Positions 1 to 9,293 of a stretch of 64,000 nucleotides of DNA are shown here, piece after piece. The stretch's first letter is position 1; each line of letters begins with the position of its first letter. The notes below the pieces were generated by a model. It searched no databases and was not told the origin of the DNA. It was given only the letters and a program-made list of their open reading frames with translations. The position numbers were made by a program, and so were the translations under genes. Source of the DNA: Candidatus Kuenenbacteria bacterium (lineage in GTDB: Bacteria > Patescibacteriota > Patescibacteriia > UBA11705 > JABHMO01); contig JABMRF010000040.1 of assembly GCA_013202715.1 (NCBI GenBank), positions 4,376 to 68,375 on the forward strand, written 5' to 3'.

Positions 1-1213
1 CCTGAGCGCTCAGCTCGGAAAACTTCTGCTCAAGCGAATTGCCCTGAACGGTCGAATCCTTGCTACCGACATTGGAAAACTCATTGTAGAGCTCTCCGAG
101 GGTTTCGACATGAATGATCCGGTACGGATCTTCATTCGGCAGTGGGTTTTTGTCAAAGTCACCGCTCTTGATCAGCACATCCGTGGTGCTCTCGATCACT
201 TCCACGAGCATTTCATTTGACACTTCATTTGGCGCAGATACGCCGAGCCACTGCAGGCAGTTGTCCGAAAGCGTCTGCCACTTCACGCCCTGAACCATTT
301 TTTCCACTTGGGCCTTGGTCAGACCGGTCTCCTTGACCAGCTCCTGGACCAATTCCACCGGGTTGTCCCGGTAGTACTTCAGTGAGCGGAAATAATTGGA
401 CAGGTACTTTTTCGTAAGCGCTTGATTTTCGTTGTACCACTTGATATTCACAACCAGGATATCAACGATATAGCGCTCAGTCTGCTCAGTTCCCAGAATT
501 TTGACGATACCTGGAGTTGAAAGCGCCCTCGAAACCTCAGGTTCCCAGAGAACTGCAACATCCACGGTGCCAGCCAAAAGCTTTTTCAGCGCATCTTCGG
601 ACCCGTCAGTTTCTACGCGAAACCTACCCGGAGCCGGAAGAAGTTCCGGTACATTGAAGTGATCCTTGGCCAACTTCAGCAAGTGATGACTTGGCGAATA
701 CGGAGTAAATCCGACCACCACGTCTTTGCCCTGGAAATCATTGAAGCTTTTGCCAACTTTTTCCAGAGCAACAATTGCATCTCCGCCCTTCGACTCATCA
801 ATGACCATGAAGATGAGGCCAGGAAAATCGTGCACAGCGGCATTGAGAACATACGAATCCACGGTCGCGACGACCATGTCGAATTCTCCGTCTGCCAGCT
901 TTTGCATTCGCACTTTGTAGTCAAGCTCTTCCACGACAGTGATCTTGCAACCAGAATTCTTCATTTTCTTTCTCTGAACATCAGAGAAGAGAATGTAATA
1001 TCCCGGCCAGGGATCCACTGCCATGACGATTTCGTCCGTTATATCTTTCGCCGCACTTGTATTTACCTTCTCCTGCTCTTCGGCAGCTTCTTCTGCCTGC
1101 GCTGCCAGCTCTTCCTGCTCAGTAGTATGATCAGAGAACAGCCTATAGGCACCAAAAGCAAGGAGCAAGACAACGACAATCGCGCCTAATGCAATCCCTT
1201 GGCGTTTGCTCAT
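1..1213 (-). CDS. ABC-type substrate-binding protein (NMT1/SsuA-like) with N-terminal membrane anchor; 3' end runs off the window
   Basis: Missing from the ORF track because it has no stop in the window. ATG at 1213 follows SD AGGAGG. Hand translation gives MSKRQGIALGAIVVVLLLAFG...AVDPWPGY...IDESKGGDAIV...DVAVLWEPEVS, paralogous to 2095..3810 (RSTGGDAIV). Confidence 0.8.
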   Translation of the reverse strand, partial: MSKRQGIALGAIVVVLLLAFGAYRLFSDHTTEQEELAAQAEEAAEEQEKVNTSAAKDITDEIVMAVDPWPGYYILFSDVQRKKMKNSGCKITVVEELDYKVRMQKLADGEFDMVVATVDSYVLNAAVHDFPGLIFMVIDESKGGDAIVALEKVGKSFNDFQGKDVVVGFTPYSPSHHLLKLAKDHFNVPELLPAPGRFRVETDGSEDALKKLLAGTVDVAVLWEPEVSRALSTPGIVKILGTEQTERYIVDILVVNIKWYNENQALTKKYLSNYFRSLKYYRDNPVELVQELVKETGLTKAQVEKMVQGVKWQTLSDNCLQWLGVSAPNEVSNEMLVEVIESTTDVLIKSGDFDKNPLPNEDPYRIIHVETLGELYNEFSNVGSKDSTVQGNSLEQKFSELSAQ

Positions 1214-1240
1214 CCGTACCTCCTTTGTTTTTGAGCGGTT

Positions 1241-1272
1241 AAAAAAGGGGCAAGAGCAATTGTCCTGCCCCC
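1241..1272 (-). terminator. Hairpin plus U-tract between the vWA gene and the downstream binding-protein gene
   Basis: GGGGCA...TGCCCC stem followed by T6 on the minus strand. Confidence 0.5.
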
Positions 1273-1281
1273 TTGATGTAC

Positions 1282-2088
1282 CTATTCCTCGAAATCCATG
1301 ACTTGGAAATCTTCGGATTCAGCCAAAACGCCCTTCAAGGCGCTTGCGAGCTCAGCCGGGTCGCCAGCTTCACGATAAACCAGGTCTTCCCGATTCAGAG
1401 TGTGCTGACCACCAATACAGAATCCAATCGTGTAGACCACAATCGGGGTATTGTCGGCAATGAATGAGACATGGGTGGCAAGTGGACCTACATGGTCTGC
1501 AGCACCATCGGTAACGATGACCATCGTGTACTCACCATAACCAAGCTGTCTTTCAGCCTGCGCCGTCAGTTCAGCATAGGCGCCGGCAACAGCCTCAGTC
1601 AGAGGCGTACCTCCCTCCGGGGTCATGCTGTTTGCGTGGTCCAAAAACATTTGCCTGTTTCTGGTTCCCAAAGGAACCAATACTGAATACTTGTCGTTAG
1701 TGAAAACAGGGAACTTTATCAAGCCAAGATTGGCGTCATCCGGAACGTGCTTCACAAATTCCGCCAAGGCGACCTTGCCCGCATCGGACTTGGTATTTCC
1801 TCCAGAACATTTCGACTGCTCCATACTGCCGGAATTGTCCATGACCACGATGTAATTCTTGGTCAGGATGTTTTCCGCAACGTTGTCATCGGCAAGTCTG
1901 GGTGGCCAGACGAATTCCACGTCTTCCGCGGCTGACTCATCTCCACCGGCCCGCTCTACAGCGGCCTGCTTCTTCAGCTGATGCTCCTTGGCCCCGGGAA
2001 TCTTCTCCGGAACTGGATCCTTGCAACCGAGTGCGAAGAAAAAAATGAATACTGCAAAAATTGTGATGATCTTTTTCATGGTATTCAC
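1282..2088 (-). CDS. von Willebrand factor A domain lipoprotein
   Basis: Lipobox-like ALGC; MIDAS DNSGSM; GGTPL; IVTDG; VYTIGF. Confidence 0.85.
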   Translation of the reverse strand: MNTMKKIITIFAVFIFFFALGCKDPVPEKIPGAKEHQLKKQAAVERAGGDESAAEDVEFVWPPRLADDNVAENILTKNYIVVMDNSGSMEQSKCSGGNTKSDAGKVALAEFVKHVPDDANLGLIKFPVFTNDKYSVLVPLGTRNRQMFLDHANSMTPEGGTPLTEAVAGAYAELTAQAERQLGYGEYTMVIVTDGAADHVGPLATHVSFIADNTPIVVYTIGFCIGGQHTLNREDLVYREAGDPAELASALKGVLAESEDFQVMDFEE

Positions 2089-2094
2089 CTCTCC

Positions 2095-3810
2095 CTACAG
2101 CAGTTCGAATTCAGAAGCTTCGGTTTCCACCTGAATGATCCTGAACTCGACCTTCATGTTGCTGAGCCACTCCTGCTCGCTCTTCGGAGCGCAGGGATGC
2201 GCACCGCACATGCCGCCGGCCGACTTCTCAAAGCCGTGGCCAACCACAGTGAACTGCGACTTGTCGAGCGTAATCCCCTTGGATGCTGCGTAGGCAACAA
2301 TGCTGTTGCGTACCGCATTTCCACGAGTCACACTCAGGTTTCTTGCGCCCTGCCGAATCTGCTTCAGCTTGGATGCCGGAGCACCGGCCTTCTTGGCCTT
2401 CAGGTAACCGAGCGGATCCGAGTGGCCTTCGACCACCATCACCGCGCCACCGAACGTTGACATCACATCGATTGCTTTGTCATATTCGGAAGCATACATG
2501 TTTGCCGTGAAATCGTTCTTGTTCGACTTGAAGAAAATCTTCAGCGTCGGAAAAATCTGCCCTGAAGACAGAGTTCCCTGACGCTGCTTTTGCGTTACGA
2601 CCGCAGCCAGCTTTTTCTCGTCATACTTCGGAGACTCGGCATGGTACTGCAGCTTTCCGCCGGAACGCATCACGGCATAGTCCCACTCAGCGTGCATCAG
2701 CGGGTAGGTCTTGTTCATCAGACCGAGCTCGGTAAACGCGGTCTGGATTTCGGCATTGACGTTCTGAAAGCTCCTCGCCTCGCTGGACTTGGTGAAAAAG
2801 GTTTCACTGTAAGCCAGCATGGCCGGGGTGCAGTCGAAGTACATGCCCTCAGAGTCGGCGAACGCCGCCGGATCCTCGATGATGTACTTGGCAAAAAATT
2901 TCACCGTTGCATTGTAAGTTTTCTTGTCCTTGTCCTTTCCATCGAAAACCTTGGCCATTGCTTCCTGCGCCTGAATGACGCCCTTGGCAAGCTCGAACAT
3001 CGCTGCCTTGTGAGCATTGAAATAATCGGACCGTACGACAAAGACATCGAAGATGACCTTGTCACCCGACTTGGTAGTCATCAGGATACGCGCACCCTTG
3101 CGAGTGCATTCCTGCATTTTGCACACCGTATCGGTGCCACCACCGGCCGCGCGAAGCGCGTCGGGGATGATCATGAAGGCCACATCGATCGACTTGTCCT
3201 TCTCGAATGCATCTGCCGGCGAATTTGTTCCGTACAGGTTGTCCTGCCAGACAAGAGTAACATCCTTGAATGAGAGGCCGACCGTTTTCAGAACTCGCCA
3301 CAGGAAATACAGGTGCGGACCATAGGCCTGAATGGCAATCCTCTTGCCATTCAGGTCTGCCGCGGTTTTGATACCTTCACGTACGACAATTGCGTCACCG
3401 CCCGTCGAACGGGTCAGGAGACCGGCAATCACCGGCTGAGTTCGCGGATCCTTGGCCATGATCGGCAGAGCCGCATTGACCATTCCGAGAGTTCCACGGA
3501 AGGTCGGGTTCTTGCCGGACATGTAGTCGTTCAGCATCTGCTGCGGATTGTTCTGCAGCTTGATGTTGAAACACAGGCCCAGCTTGTCGAAAATCGACCC
3601 CTTTGCGGTTCGCAGAGCATTGCCGTTACCGAAGGTAAAGGCATACTCCCCGCCCCAGGAAATCACGTGCAGGTCAATGCAACTGTTGTCAGTCACATTG
3701 CCCACCGGCGAATCCTTGAACGGCTTGAGCATCTGAGCGTTGGCAACGCCAGACCACATGAAACAAACTGCGAAAACGACTACGAGAATCTTGGCGGTGA
3801 AAGTCCTCAT
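2095..3810 (-). CDS. Substrate-binding protein (NMT1-like) fused to a C-terminal OmpA-like peptidoglycan-binding domain
   Basis: Signal peptide ANA-Q; GGDAIVVREGIKTAADLNGKRIA; C-terminal VVEGHSD...LSVTRGNAV...GHG...NMKVEF; SD AGGAGG. Confidence 0.8.
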   Translation of the reverse strand: MRTFTAKILVVVFAVCFMWSGVANAQMLKPFKDSPVGNVTDNSCIDLHVISWGGEYAFTFGNGNALRTAKGSIFDKLGLCFNIKLQNNPQQMLNDYMSGKNPTFRGTLGMVNAALPIMAKDPRTQPVIAGLLTRSTGGDAIVVREGIKTAADLNGKRIAIQAYGPHLYFLWRVLKTVGLSFKDVTLVWQDNLYGTNSPADAFEKDKSIDVAFMIIPDALRAAGGGTDTVCKMQECTRKGARILMTTKSGDKVIFDVFVVRSDYFNAHKAAMFELAKGVIQAQEAMAKVFDGKDKDKKTYNATVKFFAKYIIEDPAAFADSEGMYFDCTPAMLAYSETFFTKSSEARSFQNVNAEIQTAFTELGLMNKTYPLMHAEWDYAVMRSGGKLQYHAESPKYDEKKLAAVVTQKQRQGTLSSGQIFPTLKIFFKSNKNDFTANMYASEYDKAIDVMSTFGGAVMVVEGHSDPLGYLKAKKAGAPASKLKQIRQGARNLSVTRGNAVRNSIVAYAASKGITLDKSQFTVVGHGFEKSAGGMCGAHPCAPKSEQEWLSNMKVEFRIIQVETEASEFELL

Positions 3811-3958
3811 TTTTTCCTCCTAAAGGATTGAGTTAATGGACCACCGTACTACGGAACAGGACACCGAAAAAATAACTATTAAAAAAAAGAAACAGCAAAC
3901 TTAATCTGCTCTTTTTCCTCCTTCCATATACAAATTGTCAAAAAACACAAATGAAACA

Positions 3959-3987
3959 ATCTTAATACAAATTTAATATTTTGTCAA
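3959..3987 (-). promoter_or_regulatory. sigma70-type promoter of the binding-protein/vWA operon
   Basis: TTGACA-17 nt-TAAGAT on the minus strand. Confidence 0.55.
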
Positions 3988-4081
3988 GTTTTTTATGTAA
4001 CTTTTTGCAAAAAAAAGCAAGCCAATTTTTCTTGACTTAATTTACTACACATAACAACACAAATACTATTTTTACGCAAGT

Positions 4082-4114
4082 AAAAAAGAACATTGAGTTC
4101 AATGTTCTTTTTTT
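4082..4114. terminator. Bidirectional intrinsic terminator
   Basis: AAAAAAGAACATTGA-GT-TCAATGTTCTTTTTT directly after the stop of 4120..5544. Confidence 0.7.
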
Positions 4115-4119
4115 TGAAA

Positions 4120-5544
4120 TTACCGTTGGAACGGCCGGCAAACCTTTGCTTTCGCGCCATAGAAACTCAATCTAAACCTCTGGACAACCTTTCTTCCAGT
4201 TCCGCCAAAGGCGTCAGGCATATTCCCAAGATCGACCTTCTCTCCCATCCTGTCTGCTACCATATTTTCCTGTAACCAAAGTTTGTATTGTTCTGCTCTG
4301 CTCAACTTGTCACTTTCAAACCTTTCAAATACTCCATTAATCACACCTTGGATTGCTCCACTGATACGATCATCCAGAGCAGTCATCGTTTGGCCAATCT
4401 TGCCGGGAACACGTCCCAGCATAACCATCACAATCATGATTCCCAGAACTGCCAGAAGAGGAGAAAGGACCCACAGTAAAGCGCTGAGCATCCACCAAAG
4501 CTCTCCAGCCAAGACCAGCTTGAACAGATAGTACGCACCTACCAAAAATACGACGACACTCAAAACTTCGATTGGTGCAACACGGAGATATTTATCAGCC
4601 TCACCTTCTTTTTTACCTCGTTTCCAAAGCAAAAATTCAGGAGTACTGTCCAAGCAAACACTCCACTCTTTTTCATCTCGCTCATGCATAAAACCAAGAT
4701 ACATTTCTCTGAGCACAGGTCGCGGTCGAAAACCGCAAAACGCTGTTGCAATACTGGCCAGCAAGACATAGAGCGAGTGGAATGTGCCACCAATCAAATA
4801 GACAATGATCAAGTACCCCAGCCCCACAAACGGCTTCAGGGAATAAGCGAGCATCTTCCTCTGGCGATACACGCACTCATCGCGCGGATTTCCTGGATGC
4901 AACCAGTTTGCCCAGTCCCAAAGACGACTGGCAAACTTCGTCTTTGGCCTCTGGGCAAAAAGCTCCGTTGGCACTTCAAATTCCATCACCTTGCATGCCA
5001 GTGCGCGACCATCAAAATCGGACAAATCGCCTTCCTCAAGATTTGAAAATGAAATAGAATTTGAGCTACGTGAAAAATGATCATCACGCAGGAGATTCTC
5101 CATAAAACGTTTCGAACATCTCTTTCCATCCAGCGCAACAACTGCCAACCGGTGGTAGCCGGGTGAAAATACCTGCATGAAATGAACGACTTGCTTCAGG
5201 TCATAGAGGCTTCGCCGACCCATTGTCATTGAATGATAAACATTTTCTGTTTCGTCCTTCGTTTGTTCAATGACCAAAATATGAGTCGGAGTGTTGTCCT
5301 CATCCATCAGCCACTGCTCATCAAACCCAACCTTGATAGGAACGGTGGCGCTGTCCATCTCATTGGTACCGCCATTGAGCACAACTTTCATAGCTGAAAG
5401 CGCCACCTCACGCCGCAACTCTTCTTCCTGCCTTTCACGTTCTTCCTGCGCTTCACGTTCTTCCTGCGCTTCACGCTCCACACGCTCATTTTCCAATTGC
5501 TCAGCTGATTTCTTGGTTTTTTTCTTTGACATTTGCTCCTCCAT
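4120..5544 (-). CDS. Hypothetical membrane protein with charged coiled-coil N-terminus
   Basis: 474-aa ORF (start may be MSKKK after GGAGGAG); EREAQE repeats; several hydrophobic segments. Confidence 0.7.
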   Translation of the reverse strand: MEEQMSKKKTKKSAEQLENERVEREAQEEREAQEERERQEEELRREVALSAMKVVLNGGTNEMDSATVPIKVGFDEQWLMDEDNTPTHILVIEQTKDETENVYHSMTMGRRSLYDLKQVVHFMQVFSPGYHRLAVVALDGKRCSKRFMENLLRDDHFSRSSNSISFSNLEEGDLSDFDGRALACKVMEFEVPTELFAQRPKTKFASRLWDWANWLHPGNPRDECVYRQRKMLAYSLKPFVGLGYLIIVYLIGGTFHSLYVLLASIATAFCGFRPRPVLREMYLGFMHERDEKEWSVCLDSTPEFLLWKRGKKEGEADKYLRVAPIEVLSVVVFLVGAYYLFKLVLAGELWWMLSALLWVLSPLLAVLGIMIVMVMLGRVPGKIGQTMTALDDRISGAIQGVINGVFERFESDKLSRAEQYKLWLQENMVADRMGEKVDLGNMPDAFGGTGRKVVQRFRLSFYGAKAKVCRPFQR

Positions 5545-5636
5545 GTTGAGCGAAAAAGTTTAACGAAGTCAACCCAATACTTATCTAATTGTAAGGTTCA
5601 GAACTAACATATCATGATAACAAACTTTTTTCAATT

Positions 5637-5688
5637 TGTCAACCTTCGAGAACCCTTCGATAAACTCAGGACAGGCCTCAGGTTGACA
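5637..5688. repeat. Self-nested palindromic REP-like element
   Basis: TGTCAACC...GGTTGACA ends; two CCTTCGA..CTCAGG units, one inside the other. Confidence 0.65.
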
Positions 5689-5750
5689 CAAAAAATACTT
5701 ATTTTACGCAAAAAGAAAGGATTTCACTCCCCTCTTTTTATATAATTTGC

Positions 5751-7604
5751 TTATTCTAAAATAGCTTTAATCCTTCTCACACCTGCTGAGCTGGATTCTT
5801 CTTTTTTGATTCGGAACTTACCAAGCTCTCCAGTTTTTTGGGCATGCGGTCCGCCACACATTTCACAAGACACGTTTCCAATTGTGAAAACTTTTGCAAC
5901 GTGACCATACTTGTCTTCAAACAATCCAATTGCTCCTTTTTTCTTCGCATCATCAACTGCCATTTCCGCACAGCCAACTTCAAGATCATCTTTGATCCAA
6001 CCATTAACTAATTCTTCAACTTCTTTTTTTTGTTCGTCAGTCATTTTATCTAGATGTGTAAAATCAAATCGCAATCGGTCAGCGGTAATATTGCTACCCT
6101 TTTGCAGTGCATGAGGGCCAAGAACTTTTTGTAATGCGGCCTGGAGTAAGTGAGTTGCTGTGTGAAGTTTACAAGTTTCTTCCGATGCGTCAGCCAGTCC
6201 GCCTTTGAATCTTTGACCAGCGCCTTCTCGCGAAAGAGCCTGATGTTTTTCAAACTCAGCATCAAATTCTTTTTTGTCAAATTTAATTCCTTTTTCTTCT
6301 GCCAACTCTTCGGTCATTTCATATGGAAAACCATAAGTTGAAAACAAATCAAACGCTTCAGTTCCGGAAATATTATTGTCCTTGGACATTTTTTTGAACT
6401 CACGCAATCCTTTTTCCAGAGTTGTGGCAAATTTTTCTTCTTCTTTTGTTAATTGTTTCAAAATAAAATCTTTATTCTTCTTGAGTTCAGGATAAGTGTC
6501 CTGCATTATTTTAATAACAACTTCGGCAACCTTGTGAGTAAACACGCCTTCAATTCCAATTTGCTTGCCGTGCCTGATTGCTCTTCTAATTAAACGTCGC
6601 AAAATATATCCCTGGTCAACATTTGACGGTTCAATCCCCTTTTCATCACCAAGAATAAAAGTGGCAGCGCGAACGTGATCTACTATTACTCGAATTGATT
6701 TTTTTTCTTTTTCATAATTTGGATCATCTTTTTTTCCGTAAATGTCTGTATTGTCTACTCCTTCTTGACCAAGATATTTATATTTTCGGAGCATGTTAAC
6801 TTCTGCCACAATCGGTTCAATGTGCGGGCAATGATAATTATCAGGAAAGTCATTCAAAACTGAAACTGTTCTTTCCAATCCCATACCCGTATCCACGTTC
6901 CTCTGCTTCGCTTTTACATATTCATATTCTACTTTATCTGATTGGCTCTTGACTTTTGACTCTTGACTCTTGACTTTATTATATTCCATAAATACGTCGT
7001 TCCAAATCTCAACGTATTTACCACAACTGCAACTTGGCTGGCAGTCTTTGCCGCAAGCTTTTTTATCGGAAATATAAAACATTTCTGAGTCCGGTCCGCA
7101 TGGTCCTGTTTTTCCAGCCGGGCCCCACCAGTTTTCTTTTTTATTATATTTATAAATACGATCCTCGGGCATGCCAAGAGATTTCCAAGTATTGTAACTT
7201 TCTTCGTCAAAGGGAGCATCGTCGTCACCTTTAAAAACGGTCACAGCCAATCTGTCCAAAGGAATATCCAAAACATTTGTTAAAAATTCATAGCTCATTT
7301 CAATTGCTTCTTTCTTCCAGTAGTCGCCAAGTGACCAATTGCCCAGCATTTCAAAACAAGTAAAATGCCATTGATCTCCGACATCATCAATATCGCCAGT
7401 TCGAATACATTTTTGGAAATCAACCAATCGCGTTCCGGCTGGATGCTTTTCGCCCAATAAATATGGGACAAGAGGATGCATTCCGGCAGTTGTAAAAAGA
7501 CAGGTTGGATCATTTTCTGGAATCAAAGAAGCAGAAGGGATTATGGCGTGGCCCTTGTCTTTGAAAAAATTTAGGAATTTTTCACGAAGTTCGTGTGCGT
7601 GCAT
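5751..7604 (-). CDS. alaS: Alanine--tRNA ligase (short form lacking the C-Ala domain)
   Basis: LFTTAGMHP, FEMLGNWS, GPCGPDSE, VDTGMGLER, HTATHLL, CGGPH, SAGVRRI. Confidence 0.97.
   Translation of the reverse strand: MHAHELREKFLNFFKDKGHAIIPSASLIPENDPTCLFTTAGMHPLVPYLLGEKHPAGTRLVDFQKCIRTGDIDDVGDQWHFTCFEMLGNWSLGDYWKKEAIEMSYEFLTNVLDIPLDRLAVTVFKGDDDAPFDEESYNTWKSLGMPEDRIYKYNKKENWWGPAGKTGPCGPDSEMFYISDKKACGKDCQPSCSCGKYVEIWNDVFMEYNKVKSQESKVKSQSDKVEYEYVKAKQRNVDTGMGLERTVSVLNDFPDNYHCPHIEPIVAEVNMLRKYKYLGQEGVDNTDIYGKKDDPNYEKEKKSIRVIVDHVRAATFILGDEKGIEPSNVDQGYILRRLIRRAIRHGKQIGIEGVFTHKVAEVVIKIMQDTYPELKKNKDFILKQLTKEEEKFATTLEKGLREFKKMSKDNNISGTEAFDLFSTYGFPYEMTEELAEEKGIKFDKKEFDAEFEKHQALSREGAGQRFKGGLADASEETCKLHTATHLLQAALQKVLGPHALQKGSNITADRLRFDFTHLDKMTDEQKKEVEELVNGWIKDDLEVGCAEMAVDDAKKKGAIGLFEDKYGHVAKVFTIGNVSCEMCGGPHAQKTGELGKFRIKKEESSSAGVRRIKAILE
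6944..6977. repeat. 7-bp tandem repeat arm (GACTYTT) inside alaS
   Basis: GGCTCTT GACTTTT GACTCTT GACTCTT GACTTT; encodes KVKSQESKVKSQ. Confidence 0.85.
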
Positions 7605-7685
7605 AGAGTTAAGTCTTGAGTCTAGAGTCTAGAGTCAATAGTCGGTAAAATAACTCTAGACTTTTGACTCTTGACTTTTGACTTG
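7605..7685. repeat. Inverted 7-bp tandem repeat element abutting the alaS start
   Basis: Left arm (GTCTAGA)n, right arm (GACTYTT)n. Confidence 0.85.
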
Positions 7686-7775
7686 TAGTTTATGCTTCCA
7701 TAATAACCAAATTTAACCGAATTTGCAACCTCAATATTAACATTTATGTAAATTGAGACCAGAACCCAACAGCCA

Positions 7776-7804
7776 TTGACAAAATTCGAAAAGTATGCTA
7801 TAAT
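7776..7804 (+). promoter_or_regulatory. Consensus sigma70 promoter with extended -10
   Basis: TTGACA-17 nt-TATAAT, TG at the extended position. Confidence 0.8.
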
Positions 7805-7858
7805 GGTAAAATTGAGAAGTTCGTTTTCGTGACACATAAATCCAAAAAGGAGAGCGCA

Positions 7859-8218
7859 ATGAGTACCTACGAAAATCGCCTGGCAAAGGCAAAAGTCGAA
7901 GCAGAACAAACGGCGAGGGAAAAGGCTAGCAAGGAAGCATCCCAACTCGCCAACGCCGCAAGGTGTGGTATCCACAGCGACATTTATGAGGATAAATACG
8001 AAGATACCTTCGAGATCGTCTACAGAGATGAGATGATGACGTTCGAAGTCAACGAGATGGACAGCGAACCCGACATTCCGGAAGACGAAGACAATCCTCA
8101 TCTTGAAGAGCCGGAATTGATGGACGACCTCCTCTATGATCTCGATCGTCTTGATGAGGAGTACGAGGAGATGGAAGCACGCATCAGCGCCGAGGACCCC
8201 ATTTTCGACACAGCCTAA
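7859..8218 (+). CDS. Hypothetical highly acidic protein
   Basis: ATG after AAGGAG; D/E-rich; own promoter and terminator. Confidence 0.75.
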   Translation: MSTYENRLAKAKVEAEQTAREKASKEASQLANAARCGIHSDIYEDKYEDTFEIVYRDEMMTFEVNEMDSEPDIPEDEDNPHLEEPELMDDLLYDLDRLDEEYEEMEARISAEDPIFDTA

Positions 8219-8287
8219 AACGACGCCTCCACGAACAAGACCTCGACGCCATGTGACTCGAGAGTCAACAACACTAAACCCCAAGCC

Positions 8288-8322
8288 CCCACCATCCGAA
8301 ATCGGATGGTGGGAATTTTTTT
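8288..8322 (+). terminator. Intrinsic terminator
   Basis: CCCACCATCCGA/TCGGATGGTGGG stem then T-tract. Confidence 0.75.
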
Positions 8323-8447
8323 AAATATTTTCTATTTTTGATTTTGACTGTGGTTTTACATTTTTCATTTTGCATTATCACTTGACATATCCTCACAAAA
8401 CATCTAAACTAATTTAATACATTGTTAATCAGACAAGGAGGATAATA

Positions 8448-8822
8448 ATGCGAGATAATCAATACGACAAAGACGCTATTGAAAAAGCGGCGGAGTTTAT
8501 TCACAAAATTGCCAGAAAAGAAGCAAGAATGGGAACAAAAAGGTATCAGGGAATCTACCTGGATCTTTACTGGCCGGCCTACACTGCTGCCTGCAAAGGC
8601 GATGATGAATGGATGCAGTTTTGTGCAATACTTGAAGAGCACGGCCCAGACGCGGAGCTCCCGAAGTATGAACCGCCTATTACACAAAACGAAATTGCCT
8701 GGCAGGAACTGGTTGCCATCTTGCGCTCTGGGATAACACAAGGAATTTTTGCCGGCGTAATCGGAACGGCTTTCCTCATTGTTATTGTTAAGAAACTGAT
8801 CAGACAACTGAAAAAGAACTAA
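8448..8822 (+). CDS. Hypothetical protein with C-terminal transmembrane anchor
   Basis: SD AAGGAGG; 124 aa; hydrophobic C-terminus. Confidence 0.7.
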   Translation: MRDNQYDKDAIEKAAEFIHKIARKEARMGTKRYQGIYLDLYWPAYTAACKGDDEWMQFCAILEEHGPDAELPKYEPPITQNEIAWQELVAILRSGITQGIFAGVIGTAFLIVIVKKLIRQLKKN

Positions 8823-8833
8823 AGAAAAATAAA

Positions 8834-8867
8834 GGAACGAATCATTGTAATTCGTTCCGTTTTTTTT
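8834..8867. terminator. Terminator between convergent genes
   Basis: GGAACGAAT/ATTCGTTCC stem with flanking A/T tracts. Confidence 0.65.
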
Positions 8868-8869
8868 AT

Positions 8870-9160
8870 TTACAATTCAGCAATCAATTCATTGACCCTG
8901 CCGAGCGAATCGTAAAACTTAATGTACCTGGAAATTTCTAGCGTTGATGCAGATTGCTCAATTGCATTTTTCAATGCACCTTTTTCTTCGACAGTCAGAT
9001 CGCCAATCATCTCCTTGAAAAGGTCGACGAGAAAAACCAATTTGAGCGCGTTGTCCCTGTAGTAGGTAACGCCCTTCATGGTATCATTTTCTGCCAATGC
9101 TTCACACAAATCCTGAAATTTTTCAAAAAGTGCTTTCAGTACTGGATTCAACGTTGCCAT
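8870..9160 (-). CDS. Hypothetical protein
   Basis: 96 aa; SD GAGGT; upstream TTGACA-17-TAAAGT. Confidence 0.65.
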   Translation of the reverse strand: MATLNPVLKALFEKFQDLCEALAENDTMKGVTYYRDNALKLVFLVDLFKEMIGDLTVEEKGALKNAIEQSASTLEISRYIKFYDSLGRVNELIAEL

Positions 9161-9293
9161 TTTTACCTCTCAATGTTATATGCTTCTTGCCAAGCGCAAG
9201 ATATTCATATTACTTTACAAAATAAATTGAAAGTTGTCAATAGAAAAACCGCGCTTGTCAAAACAAGAGCGGTTTTTTCTTTTTAAAGTATAA

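Noticed and set aside
5425-5480. 18-bp tandem repeat in 4120..5544
   Set aside because: An ordinary in-frame coiled-coil repeat (EREAQE), unrelated to the junction elements.
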